Assembly (NCBI GenBank): GCA_041946735.1
Contig: JBHGAY010000021.1
Location: 30,505 to 94,504, forward strand
Direction: 5' to 3'
Source: Candidatus Eiseniibacteriota bacterium
GTDB taxonomy: Bacteria > Eisenbacteria > RBG-16-71-46 > CAIMUX01 > VGJL01
DNA length: 64,000 nucleotides
In this document: positions 1 to 9,200 of the stretch, in pieces
Position numbering within the stretch: position 1 is the stretch's first letter
Layout: each line of letters begins with the position of its first letter
Notes under the pieces: model-generated
Told to the model about the DNA's origin: nothing
What the model saw: only the letters and a program-made list of their open reading frames with translations
Databases searched by the model: none
Position numbers and translations under genes: made by a program

Positions 1-219
1 CGCCGGCGCCGCTCGATGGATGACGCGCAAGGAGGCGGCCTGGTTCTCCTCGCTGCCGAGAACCGACAGGTAGACCTTCGCGTGCCTCAGGTCGCCGCTC
101 AGGTCCACCCGCACCACGCTGACCCAGGAGAGGCGCGGGTCGGCCAGGTGGTGCTGGAAGATGTCCGAGATCTGCTGACGCAGCTCTTCCGACATCCGCG
201 CGACCCGGATCCGGTTCAT
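1..219 (-). CDS. rbfA: Ribosome-binding factor A (runs off window edge)
   Basis: Manual translation from ATG at 219: MNRIRVARMSEELRQQISDIFQHHLADPRLSWVSVVRVDLSGDLRHAKVYLSVLG, a typical RbfA N-terminus; lies downstream of infB-DUF503. Confidence 0.93.
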   Translation of the reverse strand, partial: MNRIRVARMSEELRQQISDIFQHHLADPRLSWVSVVRVDLSGDLRHAKVYLSVLGSEENQAASLRVIHRAAPA

Positions 220-221
220 GC

Positions 222-554
222 CTACTGGTCCTCCTCTGCGGAAGGATCGTCGTCCAGGCTGCCGACCCTCGTAACGAACGAGAGGAGGACCGCCCTGTCC
301 TCCGACTCGATCAGCCGGGCGATGCCGGCCAGAATCGAGCGAACCGAGCCTTCGTCTCGGCCTACCACCGCAATGCCGAGAATCCCCCGCTGCCAGAGGT
401 CGCTCGGCCCCGCGTCGACGACCGAGATCTTGTAGCGCTCGGCCAGCCGCCCCTTGAGGCTGTGCAGGATTGACCGCTTGTCCTTCAGAGAGCGGCTGTT
501 CGGGAAGTGGAGCGCGACCTGCGCGACCCCATAGAAGACCCGTTCCCTGTCCAC
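222..554 (-). CDS. DUF503 (YlxP-like) protein
   Basis: SRSLKDKRSILHSLKGRL...DLWQRGILGIAVV motif; conserved position between infB and rbfA. Confidence 0.88.
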   Translation of the reverse strand: MDRERVFYGVAQVALHFPNSRSLKDKRSILHSLKGRLAERYKISVVDAGPSDLWQRGILGIAVVGRDEGSVRSILAGIARLIESEDRAVLLSFVTRVGSLDDDPSAEEDQ

Positions 555-578
555 GAAGCGCGGTGGGGCAAGCGCGAG

Positions 579-2933
579 CTACTCGAGCTTGCGGGCGACT
601 TCCTCGATCACGAACGCCTCGATCCGGTCCCCCTCGAGGATGTCGTCGTGCCCTTCCAGGCCGATGCCGCACTCGAAGCCGGCGCTGACCTCGCGCACGT
701 CGTCCTTGAGCCTCTTCAGGGATCCGATCCTTCCCTGCCAGACCTTCTCGCCCCCCCGGATCAGACGCACCTGGTCGCTGCGGTGGATCGTCCCGTCGAG
801 GACCATGCAGCCGGCGATGGCGCCGATGCGCGTGATCCGGAAGACCTTCCGCACCTCGGCCGCGCCCTGGCTCTTCTCGACCAGATCGGGCGCGAGGAGG
901 CCGCTCATCGCGTTGCGCACCTCGTCGACCAGCTCGTAGATGACCGTGTAGAGGCGGACGTCGACCTTCTCGTTCTGGATGGCCACCTGCGCCTTCGCGT
1001 CCGGACGCACGTGGAAGCCGATCACGATCGCATCGGAAGCGGCCGCGAGCAGCACGTCTCCCTCCGTGATCGCGCCGACGCCCTGATGGATGACGCGGAC
1101 CTGGACCTCCGCGGTCGACAGCTTTTCGAGGCTGTCCCGAAGCACTTCGACCGATCCGGCCACGTCCCCCTTGAGAACGACGTTCAGGCCGAGCTGCTCC
1201 CCTTGCTTGATCCGCTGGCTGATGTCGACCAGCGTACGCCGGCGGCTGAGCTTGAGGTCGTGCTCGCGACGGATCTGGCTTCGACGCGTGCTGATGTCGC
1301 GCGCTTCCTGCTCCGTCCGTGTGGCGTTGAAGGTGTCGCCGGCCTGCGGAAGACCCGACCATCCCCAGACCTCGACGGGCGTCGAAGGAGTCGCGTCCTG
1401 CACCCTCCGGCCGGTGTCGCTCACCATGACGCGGACCTTGCCGTGCTGCGCGCCGCAGACGAAGGGATCGCCGACGTGCAGTGTTCCGTCCTGCACGAGG
1501 ACGGAGCCGACGACTCCTTTGCCGGGATCGAGACGGGACTCGAGGATCACGCCACGGGCGAGCCGTCCCGGCTGCGCCTTCAGCTCCAGGAGCTCCGCCT
1601 CCAGCAGGATCATCTCCAGCAGCTTGTCGATCCCCGCCCCACTCTTCGAGGAGATCTCGACGCAGACCGTCTTGCCGCCGTACTGCTCGACGACGACCCC
1701 GGCCTCGGCAAGCTGGGCGCGGATCTTCTCGGGATTCGCCGCCGGGAGGTCGATCTTCGTGATCGCGACGACGATGGGGACGTTCGCGGCCCGGGCGTGG
1801 TTGATCGCTTCGAGCGTCTGCGGCATGACCCGATCGTCGGCGGCGACGACCAGCACGACGATGTCGGTAACCTGGGCGCCGCGCGCGCGCATGGCGGTGA
1901 ACGCCTCGTGGCCCGGCGTGTCGAGGAATGCGATCCTCCCGCCCTGCCCGACGCTCACGTTGTACGCCCCGATGTGCTGCGTGATGCCGCCCGACTCGGT
2001 TGCGACCACCTTCGTCTTGCGGATGTAGTCGAGGAGGCTCGTCTTGCCATGGTCGACATGGCCCATCACGGTCACGACCGGAGGACGGGGGAGCTTCTCC
2101 AGATCCTCCTCTTGCGTGTCCGCCATCTCCTCGATCTGCTGCTCGCCGTACTCCCGGACGAACTCCAGCTCGAAGCCGAACTCGTCGGCGATCGCGAGCA
2201 TGGCGTCCTTCTCCAGACGGCGATTGATGTTCGCGATGATCCCGAGCTGCAGGCAGGTGGATACGACCTCGGCCGGATTCGCCTCGAGCACCGCGGCGAA
2301 CTCGCCGACCGTCATGAACTCGGTCACCTTCAGCGGAGCCGTCTCCTGGACCTCGTCGGTCGCGCCTTCCGCGCGGCCGCGACGCCGCTTGCGACGACGC
2401 CCCTCGAGGTTCGCGAGCGTGCGACGGACGCTCTCGCGGACGAGGCGTTCGTCGGTCTGCGTCCGCCCCTTCTTCTTCTTGCGGCTCGAAGGCGTTTTGC
2501 CCGCGACAGCGGGAAGCGGAATCCGCGTTGGGCCGACCCGCGGTTGTTGCGGTGCGGGCGGGCGGACCGCGGGGGGCGCGACCGGCCCGGGAGGCGGTGG
2601 CGCCGTCACGACGCGCGCTTGCTGCACCGGCTGCATCACCGGCTCCGGCTGAGGTGCGACGGGCGCGGGCGGGGGAGCGGCGACCACCTTCCGGCGCGCC
2701 GCCTCGTCCTTCGCCTTCTGCTGGATCTCACCGTGGATCTGCGCCTTGCGCTCGTCCTCGCGGCGCGTCACCTCGCGCTCCTGCGCGATCTTCGCCCGGA
2801 CTCGATCGACGATGTCCTCCTCGATCGAGCTCATGTGGCTCTTCGCGTCGCCCCCGAGATCCTCGATCATCTTCACCAGCGCATCGCTGGAGATCCTCAG
2901 ATCCCGCGCGAGCTGGTAGATGCGAACCTTCAT
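579..2933 (-). CDS. infB: Translation initiation factor IF-2
   Basis: KVRIYQLA N-terminus; PRPPVVTVMGHVDHGKTSLLD, GGITQHIGAY, DTPGHEAFTAMRARGA, ECGI. Confidence 0.99.
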   Translation of the reverse strand: MKVRIYQLARDLRISSDALVKMIEDLGGDAKSHMSSIEEDIVDRVRAKIAQEREVTRREDERKAQIHGEIQQKAKDEAARRKVVAAPPPAPVAPQPEPVMQPVQQARVVTAPPPPGPVAPPAVRPPAPQQPRVGPTRIPLPAVAGKTPSSRKKKKGRTQTDERLVRESVRRTLANLEGRRRKRRRGRAEGATDEVQETAPLKVTEFMTVGEFAAVLEANPAEVVSTCLQLGIIANINRRLEKDAMLAIADEFGFELEFVREYGEQQIEEMADTQEEDLEKLPRPPVVTVMGHVDHGKTSLLDYIRKTKVVATESGGITQHIGAYNVSVGQGGRIAFLDTPGHEAFTAMRARGAQVTDIVVLVVAADDRVMPQTLEAINHARAANVPIVVAITKIDLPAANPEKIRAQLAEAGVVVEQYGGKTVCVEISSKSGAGIDKLLEMILLEAELLELKAQPGRLARGVILESRLDPGKGVVGSVLVQDGTLHVGDPFVCGAQHGKVRVMVSDTGRRVQDATPSTPVEVWGWSGLPQAGDTFNATRTEQEARDISTRRSQIRREHDLKLSRRRTLVDISQRIKQGEQLGLNVVLKGDVAGSVEVLRDSLEKLSTAEVQVRVIHQGVGAITEGDVLLAAASDAIVIGFHVRPDAKAQVAIQNEKVDVRLYTVIYELVDEVRNAMSGLLAPDLVEKSQGAAEVRKVFRITRIGAIAGCMVLDGTIHRSDQVRLIRGGEKVWQGRIGSLKRLKDDVREVSAGFECGIGLEGHDDILEGDRIEAFVIEEVARKLE

Positions 2934-4609
2934 GCGTCCGCCCCTCTCCTCTCCGTATCGTCTCGCCCCTCGTCACTCGTCTCGCCCCGTGGGGCCTGCG
3001 GGTCCATGGAAACGGCCGGAGACTGCTGATCCGTGTCGTCCTCCTCCGAGTCTGCCTCTCCTTGCGGAAGATCGGCCCGCTCCGACGCGGGCTCCGGACC
3101 TTGGGGAAGCTCCTCCTCTTGCTCCGGCTCTGCCTCTTGCGCTTCCCCTGCCACTTCCTCTTCCGCTTCCTCTGCCTCCGTCCCTGTCTCCGCTGCTTCT
3201 GCGTCTGTCTCTGCTTCCGCTTCTGCCTCTGCCTCTGCCTCTGCCTCTGCCGTCTCGCCGTCCACCGGCGTCTCCGTCTCGATCCCCTGCGCTTCTTCCG
3301 CTTCCGCCGTCTCGGGCTGCGGCTCCTCCCGGGCCTGCCGCTGCCGCTCGAGGGCCCGCTCCTCCAGGATCTGCGCGCCCGTGATCAGCAGGCGGGAGGC
3401 GGTCTTCTCCCCGATACCCGGAATCTCCATCAGCTCGTCGATCGAGGTCTTCATCACGTCCTGGAGCGTTTCCTTGCCGCTCTTGACGAGCTTCTCGACG
3501 AGCTTCGGTCCGAGCTCCTTCGTCAGCGACTCGAGATCGATGTCCGGAACTCCCGCCTCTTCTTCCTTCTGAGCCTCGATCTGCGACTGGCTCACCAGGT
3601 TGATCCCGAGACCGGTCAGCTTGGAGGCGAGACGGGCGTTCTGCCCCCCTCGTCCGATCGCCACCGGAACCTGCTCGTCGGAGACGACGACGGTCGCCTT
3701 CTGCGCGGCCTCGTCGTAGATGACGTCATAGACGCGGGCCGGTGAAAGGGCGCGGCTGACGAGGATCTTCGGGTCGGCGCTCCACGGCACGATGTCGATC
3801 CGCTCGCCGCCCAGCTCCTTGACGATGTTCTGCACCCGGGAGCCCTTCATCCCGACGCAGGCCCCGACAGGATCGACCCGGTCGTCATGGCTCACGACGC
3901 AGATCTTCGTCCGCGAGCCCGGCTCGCGAGCGATCGCGCGGATCTCCACGACCCGCTCGAAGATCTCCGGCACCTCCTGCTCGAACAGCTTCCGCACGAA
4001 CTCCGGATGCGTCCGGCTGAGGTGGATCTGAGGGCCCTTCTGATCCTTGTCAACATCGAGCAGGTACGCGCGCACCGAGTCGCCGATCTTGAAACGATCC
4101 CGGTTGATCAGCTCGCGATGCGGGATGATCCCCTCCGTCTTGCCGATCTTCACGATCACGTTGCCGCGATCGACCTGCTGGACGGTGCCGGAGATGATCT
4201 GTCCCTTGCGGTTGATGTACTCGTTGTAGACGTTTTCCCGCTCCGCCTCCCGGACGCGTTGGACGAGAACCTGCTTGGCGGTCTGGATCGCGTTTCGGCC
4301 GAACTCCGCGACCGGGACCTCGACGCCGACGATGTCGCCGACGTGCGCCCTCGGCTGGATCTTCCGCGCCTCCTCCACGTCGATCTCGCCGCCGAGATCG
4401 ATCGCCACCTGGACGACCTTCTTGTGGACGATGACCTTGATGGCCCCCGTCACCTCGTCGAAGGTGACCTGCACGTCCTGGGCGGTCGCGTAGCGCTTGC
4501 GGGCTGCGCTCAGTAACCCGGCCATCAGCGTCTCGATGAGCAGGCGCTTGTCGACCGCCTTCTCGCGTGCGATCCCCCGAAGGGCTTCCAGGATGTCCTC
4601 ATTCACCAT
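2930..4609 (-). CDS. nusA: Transcription termination/antitermination factor NusA with long acidic C-terminal tail
   Basis: FGRNAIQTAKQVLVQRVREAER, IAREPGSRTKI, DPVGACVGMKGSRVQ, AIGRGGQNARLASKLTG; HhH-like IPGIGEKTA. Confidence 0.98.
   Translation of the reverse strand: MVNEDILEALRGIAREKAVDKRLLIETLMAGLLSAARKRYATAQDVQVTFDEVTGAIKVIVHKKVVQVAIDLGGEIDVEEARKIQPRAHVGDIVGVEVPVAEFGRNAIQTAKQVLVQRVREAERENVYNEYINRKGQIISGTVQQVDRGNVIVKIGKTEGIIPHRELINRDRFKIGDSVRAYLLDVDKDQKGPQIHLSRTHPEFVRKLFEQEVPEIFERVVEIRAIAREPGSRTKICVVSHDDRVDPVGACVGMKGSRVQNIVKELGGERIDIVPWSADPKILVSRALSPARVYDVIYDEAAQKATVVVSDEQVPVAIGRGGQNARLASKLTGLGINLVSQSQIEAQKEEEAGVPDIDLESLTKELGPKLVEKLVKSGKETLQDVMKTSIDELMEIPGIGEKTASRLLITGAQILEERALERQRQAREEPQPETAEAEEAQGIETETPVDGETAEAEAEAEAEAEAETDAEAAETGTEAEEAEEEVAGEAQEAEPEQEEELPQGPEPASERADLPQGEADSEEDDTDQQSPAVSMDPQAPRGETSDEGRDDTERRGADA
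3222..3251. repeat. (TCTGCC)5 hexanucleotide microsatellite encoding (AE)n in the NusA tail
   Basis: Five perfect copies read directly, inside a longer degenerate Glu/Ala-coding tract. Confidence 0.9.
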
Positions 4610-5126
4610 GGTCTGACACTCCGTTCGGTCCCCGCTCTCCCTCGGAGCGAATTCCCCGAGGACGGCGGCGCGGATCGAGCCGCAGCTCCGCGCGCTCGAT
4701 CCTGTTCAGCGCGAACCGGGTCGGTCCCTGTCCGTCGATGTCGATCGACGCCTCTCCGTCCGCGACCCCGAGGATCGTCCCCTCGAAATGGCGGCGACCA
4801 TCGTTCGGTTCGTGGATCCAGAGGTGGACCCGCTCGCCGGCAAATCGCTCGAAGTGCCGCTCCGTCCAGATCGCCCGGTTCATGCCCGGGGACGACACCT
4901 CGAGCTCGTACGCGCCGGCCATGCCGGGCTCCGCGTCGAGCAAGAGACCGATCCGGCGGCTCAAACGAGCCAGATCGTCGATCCCCAGACCCTCCTCACG
5001 GTCGACGAAGATGCGCAAGCGAAGCGCGCCGCGCGTCCTCGACACCTGGGCATCGACGAACTCGAACCCCTCCGATTCGAGCAGGGGTCGGAGCCACTCT
5101 TCCAATTCTTCACGCTGAAACCGCAT
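4599..5126 (-). CDS. rimP: Ribosome maturation factor RimP
   Basis: LRIFVDREEGLGIDDLARLSRRIGLLLD, YELEVSSPG; start chosen at ATG 5126 (MRFQREELEEWL). Confidence 0.95.
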   Translation of the reverse strand: MRFQREELEEWLRPLLESEGFEFVDAQVSRTRGALRLRIFVDREEGLGIDDLARLSRRIGLLLDAEPGMAGAYELEVSSPGMNRAIWTERHFERFAGERVHLWIHEPNDGRRHFEGTILGVADGEASIDIDGQGPTRFALNRIERAELRLDPRRRPRGIRSEGERGPNGVSDHGE

Positions 5127-5127
5127 C

Positions 5128-5154
5128 GAAACAAAAGGCGGGTCATCGCCCGCC
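5128..5154 (-). promoter_or_regulatory. rimP-leader-like hairpin with U tract (terminator/attenuator-like)
   Basis: Minus strand GGCGGG-CGATGA-CCCGCC-TTTTGTTT immediately before the rimP start; matches the known architecture of rimP leaders. Confidence 0.7.
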
Positions 5155-5160
5155 CCGGGT

Positions 5161-5190
5161 AACCTAAGACGAAACCCCTCTATGCCGCAA
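5161..5190 (-). promoter_or_regulatory. Putative sigma70 promoter of the rimP-nusA-infB operon
   Basis: TTGCGG-N18-TAGGTT directly upstream of the leader hairpin. Confidence 0.5.
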
Positions 5191-5214
5191 GGAGTTTCCC
5201 GTTTCAGGCTGTCT

Positions 5215-6228
5215 CTATTGGAGCTGGCCTCCGTAGAGCAAGTCGACCAGCAAGCGCCCCAGCTGGTCCAGGCTGTCCTTGGTGCATGCGCCCGGTAAGT
5301 CTCCAAGAGTGTGCCACTGGCGGTAGTCGAAGTCAATCAGGTCGACTGCGGGGATCCCTCGCTGGAGAAACGGGATGTGGTCGTCGAAGACGGCGTGGCA
5401 GACCTCATCTTCGAACGCGGGAAGCCGGAGCGCCATCGCGCGGGCAAAGATCAGGTCGTTCAACGATTTCGCGTACTGCTCGGAGTAAGCCTCGCGGCAG
5501 ATGCGCATGTCCTTCCCTCCGACCATGTCGAGCACGAGGACCGCCCGGGGATAGGGAGGCACCAGGCGCGAGGCATGCTCGCGGGAGCCAAGCAGATAGC
5601 CTGCCTCGTCCCCCTCCTCGCCCTGGTCTTCGCCATCGACGAGAAGGATCTCGACGGGGAGCGGCGGTGGATCGTCCCGGAACGTCTCGGCGAGGGCCAG
5701 AAGGACGGCGGTCCCGCTCGCCCCATCGTTGGCGCCCGGGATCGGCCGGGCGCGATTGGCAGGATCGGGATCCTGATCCGCCCGGGGACGGCTGTCCCAG
5801 TGGGCGACGAGCAGCAACGGAGCCCCACCCGATCCGAAGCGGGCAAGGACGTTGGTAAGGACCAGCTCAGGCTTTCCGTCCCCGGGAGCCGCCCGGAAGC
5901 GATGGGTGAGCACCTCGCCACCGGTCCCCTCGAGCGCCGACTGGAGGTAGGAAAGACAGGATTGATGCGCGGGGGTCCCCGGCACGCGCGGGCCGAAGCG
6001 GCACTGGGCCTCGAGGTGCGTCCATGCTCGGTCCGCGGGAAACGCCGGCGTCCGGCCCCCCGATGCGGCACGAACGACGACGGCGGGACCGCTGAGCAGG
6101 AAGAGCAGGCACAACAGCAAGCATCGCCGGCCGAGCAGGCAGGACCGCGGGACTTCGCGCAGCGACCGGCGGGCCTTTCGCCCGGCCGCCGGCGTCCTCG
6201 CGCTCCCTCGTTGGTTCGGCTGCTCCAT
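5215..6228 (-). CDS. M28-family peptidase / glutaminyl cyclase-like exported protein
   Basis: FGPRVPGT, AHWDSRP, GANDGASG, DGEDQG, LDMVG, DDHIPF, WHT motifs; hydrophobic N-terminal signal; only the 3' part of the 1239-aa track ORF is coding. Confidence 0.88.
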   Translation of the reverse strand: MEQPNQRGSARTPAAGRKARRSLREVPRSCLLGRRCLLLCLLFLLSGPAVVVRAASGGRTPAFPADRAWTHLEAQCRFGPRVPGTPAHQSCLSYLQSALEGTGGEVLTHRFRAAPGDGKPELVLTNVLARFGSGGAPLLLVAHWDSRPRADQDPDPANRARPIPGANDGASGTAVLLALAETFRDDPPPLPVEILLVDGEDQGEEGDEAGYLLGSREHASRLVPPYPRAVLVLDMVGGKDMRICREAYSEQYAKSLNDLIFARAMALRLPAFEDEVCHAVFDDHIPFLQRGIPAVDLIDFDYRQWHTLGDLPGACTKDSLDQLGRLLVDLLYGGQLQ

Positions 6229-6278
6229 CCGTCGCCCTCCGCCTTTCTCCCACCGGCAGCCGGCTTGTCGCTCCCCCG

Positions 6279-9200
6279 TCAGAAGTTGAAGGCCGCCGAG
6301 ACCGTGATGCTGATGTAGCGCGCGGTGTTCGTCTTGTTCTTTTTGTCGCTGTCCTGTCCGAGGGTCAGGCCGGCGTTGCCGGTGATGCTGCTCGTGAAGT
6401 TGTAGCTGCCGGTCGTCGACAGGGCGTACTTCGCGATGTCCCGCGTGACGACGAGGTTTCCGCCCTGCCCGCTCTCCAGCCGATTGTCCTGATAGTCGAG
6501 GGCGAGCGAGAGATCGAGCTTGGAGGTCGCGCGCGACTGCTTCTTGGTGATCGGGTTCGTCACCACCCGCGTGAGGCTCAAGGTCTTGCGAAGGGTAAGC
6601 CCGACCTGGCGGCTTCGATCGCGCGTGAGGCTCCGCACGTTGCCGAACTGCTCCGACTCCCTCGAGGAGTAGGACGAGGTGAGCTTCGCCGAGATGCCGT
6701 TCTTGAGCGTCGCATCGAGGTTCAGCAGCGGCCGGAGATTCACGGTCGTTTCGGTGCGGTCCTTGGGGTTCGCGCTCGTTCCAACCTCCCGGGTCTCCCT
6801 GGTGTATCGGGAGCTGGCACGCAGGTCTTTCATGAGCGCCTGGAGTCCGAGCTTCTGGCCAAGCCTCCCCCAGTTGACGTCGAGGTCGGGGAACCGCCTC
6901 GTCCGCGTCGTCGTCGCCGCCCCGTTGACCGAGTTCTTGTTGAAGCCGTAAGCGTAGGACGTCCGGACCTGGATCTCCGACAGGAGCTTCAGATCGGTCG
7001 AGAGATTCAGGTCGCGCCGATTCCCCTGGGAGGAGTTGAACCCGTTGAGCTTCTCGACGCGCGCACCCGGGTCGCGGCTGAAGCCGAGCTGATAGGAGAG
7101 CGACGGCTCTCCCGAGACCCGATCGCTTCGGTCGGTCTTGCCGATCGTGTAGGTCGTGGAGATAGCCCCGAGCGAGAAGATCGAGGATCCCGACGACCCG
7201 CCGCCGCGCGGAGCCCGTGGAGGCGGAGGAGCCTCGCCGGTCGAGTCGCCGGGCGCAGGCGCAGGCGCGTCGCCTCCTCCATCCCCGCCGCCGCCGCGCG
7301 CGATGCCGCCCAAGGCGCGCATCCATCGGTCGATCGGCAGCGAGCCGCTCAACGTCAGCGTGTTGGAGTTGCCGAAGCCGTTCGATCGTTGCTGCGCCCC
7401 CAGTCCACTGGAGGTGATGGAGTTGAACCGGCCGTCGAACGATCCGCTCCACGAAACGCGCGGCACGAGACTCTTGCCGAACAGAGGGATGGCCTGGCTC
7501 GCGGTCAGCTGGTGCCGCCGCGAGACCTCGGTTCCCAGCCGCAACCCGAAGACCCGTTTCGGCGCCGTCGGCAAGCGCAGATCGCGCGTCTGGTCGAACT
7601 GGTAGGTGATCGCCTCGATCGGCCTGAGACCGGTCGACCAGTTCATCGTGCCGTTGCGGGTGACGAGCCGGCGCGTCTCTTCGTAAGGCAGATCCAGGTC
7701 GTTGTCGGGGCGCCGGTACTCGATCCGCTTGTTCCATCCCCCCGTGAGGATCGTCTGGATGTTCGTTGGCATCAGACGGAGCTGCGTGTTCCGGTAGACG
7801 CGGATCGGAGGGCCACCGCCGAGCGGAAGCGCGTAGCTGATCGAGCCCGAGCGGGTCATCACGGTGTCGCGGCTCTCGGGCGTATTCGATATGTTGCTCG
7901 ACAGATTCCCTGAAAGGCTGATGCGGTCGATCGTGTACTTGAGGATCGGATTCGCCGACGGAGACCGGGAGACGCTGAACTGCATGTCCCGGGACCGCGT
8001 CTCCGTAATGTTCTCGTCGCGCGCCTCGCCGGAGAGCACGAGGTCGCTGTTCGTCCGGAACTTCGGGACGTCCTTGGTCTGCGCCAGGTTCAGGCTGACG
8101 GGAAGCACGATGCCGCTCCCCTCCAGGAAACGGTCGACGTTGATCCGGGCGCCCGTGTTGAGGCTCGACCGGGTCACTCCGCTCCCCCGATCGCTGCCGA
8201 TCTTCAGGAAGTCGGCGTCGGTCCGCTGGAAGCCAAAGTTCATGTCTCCGAGGCCGGCGAGGCCCAGGTTCATCGAGAACCGGCTGGCAAGGCCGGTATC
8301 GCGCTTGACCGACGCGAGGCGCAGCTCGTCGATCCAGACGTTGCCCGAAACGATCGTCGAAGGCCCCCGGCTGATGACGCCGAACGCGATCCGGCGGACC
8401 GACGTGAGGCTCGGGTTCCCCTTGAGCGAGATCGAAGCGCCGTTGCCGAGATCCCGGAATGCGACCAGGTTGCTGTCCGCCTGAAGATGGAGTTGCGACA
8501 GCATTCCCATGTCCACGGAGTGCAGGACCCATCCGTCGGTCACGGGAGCGCGGTACTCGTAGTAGTTGTCCTGATCGGAGTCGGCGTTCCGGGCGAAGCG
8601 GACGAAGAAGTCGAGATCGACCGGCACCTCCTCCCTCAGCCTTCGTTTCACGTAGAACTCGAGCTTTCGATAGAGGCTCGCGAAGTCCTGCGCGGCCGAG
8701 AACGTCCGGAAGACCGTCCCCGAGTGGCCGGGCGGGAAGTTGCGCATCTCGAGCGTCAGCGATTGCTCCCGCTCCTCGACGTCCTGGCGCTCGTCGGGCT
8801 TGAACGGGGGGTCGTACTCGGAGGTGGAATTGTCCTTGTTGTTGAGCACCGCCGGGAAGAAGTCCTCGCCGGGGAACAAGGAGGAGTCGGGTAGCGCGAC
8901 GCCTAGCGAGTCCCGCACGCCTCCCTTCAGCCACCGGTTTCCGGTGATCTCGATCCCACCGATCTGGAGGTAGGCCTCGCTTCGGAATCCCTCGACCCAG
9001 ATGCGGACATGCTTGATCTGCTCCCAGTTAGGGAAGCCGACCTTCGTGTAGAAGGTCGGGGTCAGGGGGATCCGGATGCGGCGCCAACCGCGCGTGTATG
9101 GCGCGTACTTCGGATCCTGGTCCTGGGCCTGCGACGACTCGAATTCGACGAGAGGCTGCGGGTTCTTGTCGTCGTTCAGGTCGGCGACGAAGTGGAAGTA

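Noticed and set aside
5215..8934. 1239-aa ORF as a single fusion protein
   Set aside because: The first 900 or so residues are Arg/Pro/Ala-rich off-frame translation overlapping sprA; the real M28 gene starts at about 6228.
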